Notes under the pieces: model-generated
Seen by the model: the letters and a program-made list of their open reading frames with translations, nothing else
Told to the model about the DNA's origin: nothing
The model's database searches: none
Assembly (NCBI GenBank): GCA_009602725.1
Contig: WELB01000018.1
Location: 1,052,354-1,113,041, forward strand
From: Spirogloea muscicola
Taxonomy: Eukaryota
Direction of reading: 5' to 3'
DNA: 60,688 bases
Shown: in pieces, positions 11,401 to 22,648 of the stretch
How positions within the stretch are numbered: position 1 is the first letter of the stretch
Layout: each line of letters begins with the position of its first letter
Program-made: the position numbers and the translations under genes

Positions 11401-14201
11401 GTTCTGCTCGGTGCGTCTGTTCAGAGCAATAACCGCTTGCTTTTGCAGCTCCCGCACGGTTTCCAAATGGTGAGCAATGTCTGCCATCAGCATCGACGCT
11501 CTTCCACCGCCATCTCCAGCCTTCCCAGCCCCCGAGTGTTCCAGGCTGCAGAGCAACTGCACGGAGAAGCGAGAAGCGAGCAGCAGCAGGCTGCCAACAA
11601 AGAGCAGGCAGACTTCAGTTGAGGCCTGAGATTGAACTCACATCTTCTTACACATGCCTCGTATGGGCCTTCCACACATATCCACCATCAGAATTCAGTG
11701 CACTTGATGCATTGCAATCGAGCAGCTGATACTATTGGCAAGCAATTGCTGAGAACAACAGGCTGCAGCATACGGCTTACTCAGAGCACTGCCTGATGGA
11801 GCTGGAATCGAGCTCAGCCAACTGGAGGTCTGCCACGGCTGCAAAGATGAGTGTCTGGAGGGCCTCTGGCGCCCTGTCTAGAGCTGCCAGGGCCTGCAGC
11901 GGCCTGCAATGTGTAAGTGCCGCTTCATCATTGAACTGAAAGGAGCGGAGTCACAAAGTGAAGCCTTCGGGAACTGATGACACTTCATCAGGCGACCTCA
12001 AGCACTGCCATTTGCATCCATGACTTGCCTCAGGATGCTCTGGGGCTTGCGCGAGGAGGCAAGCGCTACCTCCAGCTGCTGCATCCAGAAGGTCTCCGCT
12101 TCCCAACCTGGCCAGACCCTTGAGTAGCCTTGCTCAGAAGCTATGTAGGTAATACCAACATCTTGGAGCAGGTTTGAAGAGCCGAAAGCAGAGCCGACCA
12201 CTGGCCAAGCTTCATAAGGTCATCCTTTTGAGGCCAGAGATAATACAATGGCATGCCTATGAGCAGGTTCTCGAAATGCATTGCACTTGCAATCACTTGG
12301 CTGCTTTGAAGGACCGCGGCAGCATGCATGCCATGCAATGAAGGCCAAGCTGCAGAGCATGCCAACCATTAAGGGAGCTGAGGCGAAGGGCTTTGTCAGG
12401 CCCCTCCAGAACACTTGCGCGCTCCATCACACTCTGCTGCCACAAAGGACGTCGTCGAGAGGGAGCGCGCTGACTTGCTGGAGACCAAAGTGAGCTCTCT
12501 GTGACAAGGCTGCGACGGCCTTCCGGGCAGGGCAGCCTGCTGCTGTGCTCGCTTGGCGGTCTCATGCTAATAGGGAGGATGGTGGACAGGCCAGATGGCT
12601 CGAGCACCCACAGGCAGCCCCCAACTGCAAAGGCCACTGCGGGCGCGTCATAGTGCAGGCTTCCAATCGGCGAGCAGCCAGCCTCTGGCGCATCCAGCTG
12701 GTCGTCATGCGGCGTACTGATTGCCACACTGCAGCAGGAGACCTGCAGGCCCAAGCCTCCCCCTTCAGCAGCCAGCTGAATGACACGACTCTTCGCGCTG
12801 AATGCCAAGGCCACGGGGCGCCAGCCATGGCCACCGGTGAGGAGGAGGCGCCTCGATGGGAGGGAGCTGCGAGCAGCTGCCATCGATGGGCGAGGTGGAG
12901 CCTCGGAGTCGCTGTTGAGGATCAAGGTCCGGGGCGTGAACCCGCTTGGCCCAAGGTGCCCCAGGTTGGCAGCAGCAGGGCTAGAGGGCAGCCCTGCTGC
13001 ACAGCGGTGATCAAGGGAGCTGAGGTCATCCCCAAGACAGCTCGCACAGCTAGCACTTGCGACCTGCTGGTCTTGCCAGCCGGCACTCCTGCTGGGGAAT
13101 TGCGCGAGGTCTGCAAGGTACACATTCCCTTGCTTGTCTGCCGCTGCCACCATCCTCCCGCAGCAGCTAGTGACCAGGTCGCAGAAGGCCAATGCCCCCC
13201 GTGGCGCACCGCGTCCTTCGGCAGCCGCGCCTGGTACAAGGGCTGGACGCTCGGGCAGCCCAGCGTGGGCCGCGAGGCTGAAGGCCGCAACCGGGGTGCC
13301 CAGTAGGTCCCACACCCTGAGATGGCCTGCGGGGCTCACGGCAATTACGCGATCATCGCCTGCGACACAGATGGAGGCAGTCGGGCTGCGGAGCTCGATG
13401 GCGGAGGTCCACTGGATGCCCCACTCCAGCACAGCGCCAATAATCGCCACGCTGGCAGCGGGCAGAGGCTCGTCCGTTGCAGCAGCGGGGATGCCAGAAG
13501 AACGGCAGCAGACCACCATCGCCAGGAGCTTGCTGGAGGGGCTGGCTGCCAGTCGCGCCACGGCGAGGACGCCTCGCAGCAAAGCAGCAGGCGCAAGCGT
13601 CGCCAGGAGCTGCCAGCCGCTGTCCTCGTAGTCGACGGTGTACTTGGCCAGCCCATGCTCGCTGCTGAGCTGCAGGCACGGCTTTCCCGTGGCGGCTCCC
13701 GGCAGCGCAGCGTCAGCCAGCACGAGGTGGCCGTCGACATCCGCCCAGTCTGGCTGCGCCGGCGTGCTTGCAGCCGCACCGGGCTCTGCAGCTGGCCATG
13801 CGAAGACGTGCAGCGCCTGCGCCGTTGCCACGGCGAGCATCTCCCTGGCGCGCCCGCCGCCGCCGCCATGGGCGTCGGCGGCGTGACCCCAGGCCCAGGC
13901 CAAGCTGCCGGGCTGCTCGGCCAGCAGCGCGGGGCAGGAGCCGCCGCCGTCGCCAGCCGAGAGCTTTTTTTTTTTTTTTTTTTTTTTTNNNNNNNNNNNN
14001 NNNNNNNNNNNNNNNNNNNNNNNNNNNNNNNNNNNNNNNNNNNNNNNNNNNNNNNNNNNNNNNNNNNNNNNNNNNNNNNNNNNNNNNNNNNNNNNNNNNN
14101 NNNNNNNNNNNNNNNNNNNNNNNNNNNNNNNNNNNNNNNNNNNNNNNNNNNNNNNNNNNNNNNNGCGAGCCATCAGCCTGCGCGACCTGCGCCAGCGCCA
14201 T
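2426..14201 (-). CDS. SPG11: Spatacsin (SPG11-like, AP-5 associated), multi-exon; start tentative, next to gap 13989-14164
   Basis: The C-terminus FGEALVVARAYNL...WAPAIWQQ...GPPVLRKGHGGTYMPLV*, plus AFLK|GLQAAQRGGYLD...APLLWRRSDF and VELVLVVQCLY..CLDGLDILL, match plant spatacsin C-terminal-domain proteins. A chain of minus-strand exon ORFs spans about 11.8 kb. Confidence 0.9.
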
Positions 14202-14332
14202 GGGGCGGCGGCGGCCCCGCAGGCGCGCCCTCAGGGGCGGCGCGCCATGGCGGCGCCGCGGAGGCCGCCACAGCAGGCAGGGACTGCAGCAGCGGGATGC
14301 TGCTGCCACTGCAGCTCGAGCCTGTCCAGCTC

Positions 14333-14447
14333 AAAAAAAGAAAGCGGCTGCTGATATGAAAGAATCGGCTGTGAAATGCCAGCCAGATGCATACAGGTGT
14401 TCATGACGGAGCCAAAGGCTAGGCAGACAGGGCGCCCTCAATACCCC
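14333..14447 (-). mobile_element. 115-nt retroposed 3' end (type E) with 14-bp TSD and oligo(T) tail
   Basis: AGCCTGTCCAGCTC at 14319-14332 and 14448-14461. The insert begins with the ORF end GGG TAT TGA (GY*), carries GGCTGGCATTTCACAGCC and ends GCAGCCGCTTTCTTTTTTT in element orientation. Confidence 0.85.
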
Positions 14448-14945
14448 AGCCTGTCCAGCTCGGAGCTCGGAACGGCAGCTCGGCAGCACCCTCATCGCCA
14501 CCAGTCAATCTGGCCGCGCTTTCATTCCACTGTTTCCAGACCCTGAAGTTTCACACCATGACCTCAAGCCCCACTTGCCTGAAGTAGCAACTGTAGCTGC
14601 CAGCCTCTTGACCTGCTGTCAACCCACTCCAGCGCTCAGCAGTCTCATGGGCGATCCTTGCAGTAGGACTGCAGCCACAATGCATTTGGACAACAGACAT
14701 TGCATGGTCTCAGTTCCCTGGCTTCACAGGCGGCTGCTGCCGCAAGCTGCGACTAACCACAAAGCAGCCCTGCTACCTCTACTCGGGCCCCCAGTCTACC
14801 AAGCAGTTGCTCCTCTGGCCCAGCAAGGGCTGCGTGGAAAGCTGTGCCGCAATATGTGCTAGCAGATTATACGAGAAAAAGAATCTGAGGTGGTGAGAAG
14901 GCCAGCATTGTCACTCTTGCTTGCACAGACGTGCTCATCACCGGG

Positions 14946-17619
14946 TCAAGTCGTGTGCTGCTCCTCCACCGCCAGAGAGGTTGCCGGCGCGGCTGCCGCC
15001 TCTGCTCTTGCAAGCACCCACTTGACAAGCGTGGCAACTGCGAAGCCTGTGGCGCCGCCCTTCTTCTCATTCCACACTGGACCGGCGATGTCCAGGTGCG
15101 CCCAAGGAACCTCGGCATCCACAAACTCCTTGAGGAAGAGGGACGCTGTGATGGAGCCGCCAGCGCGGCCGCCGGTGTTGAGCATGTCTGCTACCTGCGA
15201 TTTCATGCCCTCAAAGTAGGACTCCTCCATGGGCATCCGCCACAGCTTCTCCCCGGCGGCTGCGCACGCCTGCCGCAGCTCCTCGGCCAGGCTCTCGTGT
15301 GGTGTAAATAGGCCTGCATCGAGATGCACGTGCACTGTAGATCAGATCCACTCCCCTGCTGCATGCGAAGCCAAGGTCAATGGGAGCTGCCACCAGTCAC
15401 TGTTGCTGCTTCGCTCTCAAGTTGGTGGTAGCCTAGTGCTGCTCAGCCAAGATAGAGTGGAGTGACTCACCCCCAATGTCATTACCCAAGGCGATGATGC
15501 AAGCTCCGGTCAATGTTGCCAAGTCGACAATCTGAAGCACAGCCAAAACCATCAGTCAACTTCTAGCTTGTTCAAGCAGAACTTTAAGAAAATACTGTAC
15601 CTATGCTCAAGGTGTATGAGCAAGGGCATGCAGCTACCGCAAACTGCAGGTACAGTCGCGCCTCAACTCCAAGGCTGAGGCCTACCGCGTCCACTTTGAG
15701 CGAGCACGCGTATACGAGTGCATCGGCCAGTGTGAGCCTCCCCTCTGCATCGGTGTTGTTCACCTGGCGAAGCAGCAAATGCGACTCCATCACTGTCATT
15801 TATATGATAGCTTGTCAATTGCTGCAGTTTTTCAGCTCCTGCACACTTGCCAATGCTCTCTACGGGCATCACCATGACGCTCTGACATTAGAGGTGGCAT
15901 TCTTGCTACTCAAAGCGCACCTCAATTGTCTTTCCGTTGGATGCGGTGAGGATGTCACCCGGTCGCATGCCTGCCCCATCAATCATATTTTCGCAGGCGG
16001 CGACGATGAAGTTGACCTGCTCCCCTTCAGCCCCCACAGCGGCCACTACGCTTTCAGGACCAGGAGGGCACAGCCTATAAAAAATGTGAAGCAACCTGCA
16101 ATTGAACAAGCTCCTCGGCCCCTCCATATTGTTCCCATTTGCAAAGAGGGTTACTTTACAAAGGTGGTATGCTTTCGGGAATGAGAAGCAAGGCACCTCC
16201 ACTCCAGGTGGCTGGATGGCCCCGAGCGCCTTGGCGGCACCCAGTGTAGCTGCCGCCCCGCCCATGTCAAACTTCATCAGCTCTATCATCGACCCCGGCC
16301 CAGTCTTAAGGTTGTAACCGCCGCTGCATGACCGCCACAAGAAAGAGCACACAGGTCTGATACCCACATTGTGCTCGACCTCGTCATTCCTCCGCCTGGA
16401 ATGCTCTTGCAAGGTAAGGAAAGCTTGCGATGATGCACTGATTTGGAAGGTTGTCAAACCTGTCGAATGTGAGGCCCTTGCCAACCACTGCGAGCCTTTT
16501 GTCAACCGGCCCACTTGGCGCCGTATACTTGAGGTGGATGAAGCGGGGGGGATTGGTCGAGGCGGCCGCCACACCAAGGTAGGCGCCCATGCCAAGCTCC
16601 GCGCAGGCAGCCTCGTCCAGGAGCGTCAGCTGCATCACGTCCGCGTGAGCAGCCCGGATGCCCTCGGCCACATCCGCAAGGGCCTCTGAACACAAGAATA
16701 AGAGAGGTCAAAAGTTAGGGTCATGGGGATCAAGGGTATAGAGTTTGACAGACTCTTGGTTCAGAGAGTGCTATTGTTGTCGAGGGTGAGATCTCTACCA
16801 AGATGCCAGGCGGCGGGTATGTTATCCTGGACAGACTTGCTGGGCAATGCAAGCACACGGAGCTATCCTATCAGCTGCGGGCTCGCTCTGAGGTACAGAT
16901 GAGGCTCACGGGGTGTGAGAACGTTTGCAGGCGCATTGACAAGCTGCTTGGCGAGGATGATGCCAGCGCACAGCCGCATGGCACGGCCGAGCTCCGGCTC
17001 CAGCTCCAGTGCCAGCCCCAGCCCCGAAATTGCCACTTGCTTCAAAGACACCTTCTTGGACTCCTTCTTGAAGCGCGTGTCCTCATAGCTCCCCAGCACC
17101 GCGCCTGAGCCCGATACGCCGAGAGACATTCAGAACTGGGCCAAAGACACGCGCACATAGCTAAGGCAGATGCCCATCCAGCGAGGAGCACCAAGGGCAG
17201 AAGGCGAAGGCGTGCATGCGAAAGAACGCACCAGCTGCCAGAGCGGAGGCCGCAGCGACCCTACTCTCAGTGCTCATTGCGCCGCTGCTGCCATCAGGCA
17301 CAATGACGGTCGCCGCCGCCGCCTGGGCCTGCTTGGCGGCCGCGGCCAGGGCGACGCCGACTCCCCGCCACGGGCCGGGCGCGGCGAGGCCGGCCGCCTT
17401 ACCGAGGCCGGCAAGGCCGGCGCGCGCGAACGGCGCCCCCTGCAGCCGCACAATGGTGGACTGCCCTGGCTTGCCCTTGAATTCCTCCTCCGCCGCGAGC
17501 TCGGCGAGGGCGCCGCCGAGCGCGGCGTCCAGCTCCGCGAGCTCCGGGCCCCACTGCGCGCCGTCGGCAACGTCCTCCTCCGTCACCAGCACCAGCAGCA
17601 GGTCCCCGCGTGCCGCCAG
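14946..17619 (-). CDS. LAP: M17 leucine aminopeptidase, multi-exon; N-terminus lost in gap 17620-17846
   Basis: Motifs VGKGLTFD(S)[47 protein letters not shown] and WAHLDIAG. Confidence 0.97.
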
Positions 17620-17974
17620 NNNNNNNNNNNNNNNNNNNNNNNNNNNNNNNNNNNNNNNNNNNNNNNNNNNNNNNNNNNNNNNNNNNNNNNNNNNNNNNNN
17701 NNNNNNNNNNNNNNNNNNNNNNNNNNNNNNNNNNNNNNNNNNNNNNNNNNNNNNNNNNNNNNNNNNNNNNNNNNNNNNNNNNNNNNNNNNNNNNNNNNNN
17801 NNNNNNNNNNNNNNNNNNNNNNNNNNNNNNNNNNNNNNNNNNNNNNCCGCCGCCTCCGCCGGCGCCGCCGCCGCCGCCGCCGCCGCCGGCGGGCGCTGCA
17901 GCGCGTGATGGAGCTGGCGAGAGCGGAAAGACGACGACTGCTGAACCCCAAACCCCAAATCCCAAACCCCAAGC

Positions 17975-18310
17975 AGAAAGCGGCTGCTGATAAGAAAGAA
18001 ATCGGCTGTGAAATGCCAGCCAGATGCATACAGGGGGGAGGGCGGTGGCTGAGGGAGTACCGTAGTGAGAGGCATTGACCGCTTGCAGCGAGGTTGACAG
18101 GCGCCTGCGGTGCAAGTGCGCGAAAGAGCCTGCTGCCTTGGAGTCGGCCTGCTCCCCGTGGTACCGGCGGCAGGCAGCGCTGCACGAGAGCCGGTGGAGA
18201 AGCTCGAGCCACCGAGTGAAAGCCAGCCAGGTGCATACCAATGCGGCTGCTGATATCAAAAGAGCGGCTGTAAGAAGCCAGTTAGATGCATACAGGTCTT
18301 CATGACAGAT
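17975..18310 (-). mobile_element. Two or three type E retrotransposon 3'-end fragments upstream of LAP
   Basis: GCGGCTGCTGATA...GGCTGT...GCCAG..AGATGCATACAGG at about 17975-18035 and 18243-18310 is nearly identical to 14340-14400. Confidence 0.75.
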
Positions 18311-18557
18311 GCATACAGAGAGAGAAGGCACGCGGTGCGCATGGAATGAGAGGGAGGCCAATCCAAGCCAACACATTATTCGGGCAGAGGGTCTGCATCA
18401 CAACTTGAGCGGAGCCACAGGCAAAGGAAGGTGGCGAAGGCAGCACATTCAAGGTGGTGAGGCCGCAACACATCAATCCATGTACGCATTTGACAGTGTG
18501 GAGCGCGACGCAAATGCTGAGGAGCTGCGCAACGCCTTCCCCTCCCTTGTACCAGAA

Positions 18558-18757
18558 AGCTGGTCGAGCCTTAGCTGCTGGCATAAGAGCTAGTCAATCG
18601 CCGTCCGGTATTCGAGCGTCAGCTAGCGACCTCTATGTGCTGACTCGTGGTTACTGAGCGGGTCAGCTTAGCAGCAGGTGACGTACATTTGTCCAATGTG
18701 CTTGCCCTTGTACTTGGCCACACATGGCCTCCCCATCTCTTAATACACGCACATTTT
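18558..18757 (+). mobile_element. 200-nt retroposed 3' end (ORF tail plus type D 3' UTR) with 12-bp TSD
   Basis: CTTGTACCAGAA at 18546-18557 and 18758-18769. The insert encodes AGRALAAG...SDLYVLTRGY*, the family ORF end. Confidence 0.85.
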
Positions 18758-18781
18758 CTTGTACCAGAATCTGACTGAACT

Positions 18782-20132
18782 ATGGCCGACCATATATTCC
18801 CCTATGGCCAACCCAGCAACCTCCTCTGGCGGACAGGGAGCGACAAGGTGGACGTTTTGCAGTATGCGTCAGCCACGCAGCAGGGAGACCCCCTGGCGGG
18901 CTTATTCTTTGCGCTGGCTCACAACCGTGCCTTGAAGGCCACCGCCGCAGTGCACCTGGTGTCCTGCTTCCCACCTTCGCCAACGACACCGCACTTTTTG
19001 CCAGCCCGAATAACGTCATGGCGGCCTTTGCCACCTTCCAGCAGCAGCTGGCCACTCTCAGCCTGACCACCTGCGCGGAGAACTATGTGGCTTGGTCCCC
19101 TTGCTGCCTCCCAGTCCGCTTGGCGCTGCCCCCCCGGGTGCCTGACTCCTCAGGCGGCCTAAACCTCCTGGGGGTCTCTTCGGTACGTGTCGTTCGTGGC
19201 TGCAAGCCCGGCTTCAGGATCACCTGCAGCCTGCGGCCCGCCTCCCTGAGCTACAGTGTATGCAGCTGGCATTGGCCATGCTTTCCAAGAGCATCGCGCA
19301 ACGACCCCAGTACCTGGCGCTGGCTACCCCGACATCTCCAGAGGTGCTGGCGGCATACGCGGCATTCGACGCAGGCTTGGTGGCGAGCCTCACGGCTCTG
19401 GTCCGCCATCAGGGCTTCCTCTAATCGCCAGTTGCCCTGCATCAGACGATGCTGCCCCTCAGCTCCAGCGGCCTCTGCTTCTGCCCGCTCGCACGCGCAT
19501 GCAGGGCGGCCTACCTGGGCAGCTGGGCGCAGGTCACCGCTTCGGTGTCCAAGTACGTACTCGTACACGGACGGCGTGCGCTGGAGCAGGCGATGGTGGA
19601 GGTGGGTAGGGGTCCGCTGCCTTCTCAGGTGCCGCTCCGCTCAGCCCACCAGGAGATGCTGGCGGAGCCCCCGGAACTGGCCGGAAAGGCGGTCACCTCT
19701 GAGCATCTCACGCTCACAGTCGAACTGCGCATTCAAGCGCGCTACACCGCCGAGCTGGACAAGGCGGCCTTCGCCACCACCCTGCAGCTGCTTTCTGGAG
19801 CCCGACCAGCGAGGGCGCGCTCGACTGCGGTCGGCCTCATCACCTTGGGCAGCGGCGTGGCTGATGGCCTCTCCCTCCGACGCGCTCCAAAATCCGAACG
19901 AGGCCTTCCGGATAGCCGTCCACCGGCTTGGTCGGCCGCCGCTCTGCCTCCAGGGGGTGGTACAATCGAGTGTGGCGAGTGGGGGGACCGAGGCTGCGAA
20001 GCTGGCTGCGCGCGTCATCCAATGTGCGCACGGTGGCAAGCGGACGGCCGCTCACGACCTTCTCCGCAACGTCATGCATGGCATCTTCGTGGAGGCGGGC
20101 TTCACGGTGGCCGCCAAGAACACATTGGTCAT
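18782..20132 (+). pseudogene. Degenerate CRE-like non-LTR retrotransposon: RT C-terminal half, thumb, linker and Zn knuckle
   Basis: Across frameshifts: QQGDPLAGLFFALA, FANDT (decayed YxDD), GLNLLG, LPLSSSGL...AAYLGSWA, RARLRSASSPWAAAWL...FRIAVHRLG and CAHGGKRTAAHDLLRN. Confidence 0.88.
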
Positions 20133-20410
20133 GCCGCTCCACCATCCGCTACGTCCTCTGCACCAGCACATTGCCCGCCCTTAGCAAGACGAATGAAGGG
20201 ATCCGGCCAATGGCCATCCGGGAAGTGCTCTACCGCCTGGTGGGCCGCGTCCTCTGGCAGAAGCACGCAGGGCAGGCTCAGACCCACCTGCGCCAGTACG
20301 GCGCGGGGTTGCGGAGTGGGGGCGAGGCTGTGGTTCATGGGGGCCACGCGACTTTGGACCAGCACCCGGAGTGGATGGTCCTGGCAGTCGATGTGCGCAA
20401 CAAGTTCAAC
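20133..20410 (+). pseudogene. Out-of-order RT N-terminal segment of the same family
   Basis: LPALSKTNEGIRPMAIREVLYRLVGR...QYGAGLRSGGEAVVH...MVLAVDVRNKFN corresponds to RT subdomains 1-3 (GIRPIA, QxGxG...GxE, DxxNAFN). Confidence 0.85.
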
Positions 20411-20431
20411 GTGCGGCCGCACATCAATGCT

Positions 20432-20880
20432 CACATCCACCGCCAGGACCATCCAATCCGGGTGCAGGTCCAGAGTCGCGCGGACCCCATGGACCACAGC
20501 CTCGCCTCCACTCCGCAACCCCGCGCCGTGCTGGTGGGGCGCCAGGTGTGTCTGGGCATGCCCAGCGTGCTGCTGCCACAGGACGCGCCCCACCAGGCGG
20601 TAGAGCACTTCCCCGATGGCGATTTGGAATGATCTGGCAGATTCGGCTTGGTAAGGGCGGGCAAAGCGCTGGTGCAGAGGACGTCGCGAATGGTGGCCGC
20701 GGCATTGTCCCGAGCAAGGTGCTGGCACACCTGCTGCAGCACGCGGAAGTCAGCCATGTCCCCCTCCAGGAAGAAAGGGCTCGCCCATTGAGGATAGGGG
20801 AAGAGCTCCCCGCAGGTGCTCGGTGAGCATGTGGGAGGGCCCGCCGGCAGCTGCGCGGCGGCTGCTCTGCAGAGCCTTGC
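20432..20880 (-). pseudogene. Inverted second RT N-terminal segment (subdomains 0-3)
   Basis: Minus strand reads RAAAGGPSHMLTEHLR...IAIGEVLYRLVGRVLWQQHAGHAQTHLAPHQHGAGLRSGGEAVVHGVRATLDLHPDWMVLAVDV. It is a diverged reverse complement of 20133-20395. Confidence 0.85.
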
Positions 20881-20894
20881 GGGGTGAGAAGGCG

Positions 20895-21110
20895 CCTTCT
20901 CTGGGCCTGGCATTTCACAGCCCCCGCCCCTTTGTCAATGTGCCTGCCTTTGTACTTGTCCACACAGTCCCTTCATCTCTTTATTCACACGCTTTTCCTT
21001 TGGGTCAGCTTAGCAGCAGGTGACGTACATTTGTCAATGTGCTTGCCTCCGTACTTGGCCACACAGGCCCTCCATCTCTTAATACACAGTCCATTTCTTT
21101 GGAAGAAAGC
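20895..21110 (+). mobile_element. Two tandem type D 3' ends inserted into the terminus of an older copy
   Basis: CTTTG(G) at 20930, 20998 and 21097 separates units 20935-20997 and 21004-21096, which match 18661-18757. Confidence 0.8.
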
Positions 21111-21480
21111 CGCCGCCTCCTTGTCAACCAGTCCACCATTGTGCAGCAAAGACATCAGACAATTGCTAGCTACAGGCTGTGTTAAGATAAGTTGGCCAGC
21201 TGCACTACAAGCTGGTCTGCCAATGGGATGGCTTGCTGGGCAGCATTGGTTTTATAATTGGCTTTATAAACAAGGCGAGAACAAGGCGAGCAAGTCATGA
21301 AGAGGCTGAAAGTAAAAGTGCAGCTAACAGGAGCGTCAATGACCAGGCAAGGTCCTAATAATGAGCCACTGTGAATGTGGACGCCAAGTGGGACGCCAAG
21401 CACAAGCGAGAAGACCAAGGCACAAACAAGGAGCCACGCGACGGCGCACTGCTCGCATGCAAAGTGCGCGGAGGCAGGCA

Positions 21481-22341
21481 CTAGTAGGGTTCCCTGAGGG
21501 TACGCCGGACCACGTGGCAATGGGGGGGCTCAATGCGCCGGTAATAATTGTGGATGGTCTCCGCAATCTCGAACCCCGCCCTGCGGTAGAAGGAAAGCGC
21601 CTCCTCGTTGTTCACCTGCACGTGCAGATACACCTCGTAGATGCTCTCGTCCTCGAGGCAGAGCTCCAGGAAGTCCTCCAGCAACTTGGTCGCTGCAGCA
21701 GCAGCCATGGGAGGAGTTGGACCATGCCAGCAGAGTCAGGCTACTGCACCGTGGGCAGGCGCCTCCTGGCAGGGCCAGCGGCCCGCTCAGCATCGTCGTG
21801 CTCCACGAGAGAGGCGGCGGGCCCGGCAGGCTGCCGACAGCAAGTACTGGGCTTCTCAGGAGGCGCAGTGCACGACAGGTGCGGAGAAGCATTGGGAGCA
21901 ACATCGACCGGAGCCATGCGTACCGATGCCGAGCCTGCGGTAAGGGGCGAGCACGCCGAGGGTCATGATGTACAGGCGGGACCCCGGGGCGCCGTCCTCC
22001 TGGGGCTCCACGCGGCAGGCGATGGCGCCGACGCAGGCGTCCTCATGGTACGCTGCCGGGGCAGGGGGCCAACCAGGCGTCAGGGGCTGGCGTTGCAGCG
22101 GGCCAGGCCGGAGGGAGGCAGGGGAGGGGAGCCGCGAGAGCGGCAGCCGGGCTGCGGCGGCGGCGGTACCGAGGCGGGTGTAGCCGCCGGAGGCGAGGGC
22201 GTCGGCGTAGAAGCCGTCGTGGTAGGCGATGGGGAAGAGCGCGGCGTTGAGGCGGCGCAGGTCGGGCACGGAGGCGGCGCAGACGGGCGCGAGGCGCAGG
22301 AGCGGGCGGAAGCCCGGCGGCGGGCGCGGCGCGCCTGGCAT
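21481..22341 (-). CDS. NAA50: N-alpha-acetyltransferase 50 (NatE catalytic subunit, GNAT), spliced
   Basis: LRRLNAALFPIAYHDGFY, VGAIACRVE, LYIMTLGVLAPYRRLGIG and VYLHVQVNNEEALSFY..GFEIAETIHNYY.RIEPPHC. ATG at 22341. Confidence 0.95.
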
Positions 22342-22434
22342 GGCGGGGGGGGCCCGGCCGCCATGGCGCCGCGGCGCGGCCTGCGGACTGGAGTGTGCGT
22401 CCACCTCCGGGCCCCTTATGTCCCTCGGCCCCCC

Positions 22435-22465
22435 CTTTGATATCAGCAGCCGCTTTCTTCTTTTC
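22435..22465 (+). mobile_element. Type E terminal fragment in the NAA50/SAC3B divergent promoter
   Basis: GATATCAGCAGCCGCTTTCTTCTTTT matches the type E terminus with its pyrimidine tail. Confidence 0.6.
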
Positions 22466-22648
22466 ATGTGCGTTTAGGAGCACACTCTCAGGAAATGAAA
22501 CACTTCACCCCACCTACCCACCGCTTGATCAGTACAGAAAGAGTGTTTCTTCCTATCGTTTAGAATATGGCCCTTTCTTTCTGTGCCTCCTTGCCATCAC
22601 CGGAGGCCGTGGCTCTGACTCCGGCGCGCCGCCCTGACCTGTGCCGCC

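Noticed and set aside
13965..13988. Poly-T giving a poly-Lys stretch in the spatacsin ORF
   Set aside because: It abuts an N gap and is most likely a sequencing or assembly artefact.
18661..21100. Direct repeats of about 100 bp flanking the RT region, read as LTRs
   Set aside because: Each repeat is a separate type D 3' end with its own TSD. There are no TG...CA termini or PBS, and the RT is non-LTR type.
21361..22440. Long ORFs antisense to real genes (e.g. 359 aa opposite NAA50; similar ones opposite SAT and spatacsin)
   Set aside because: Expected shadow ORFs from high GC3; several are inflated by N gaps.
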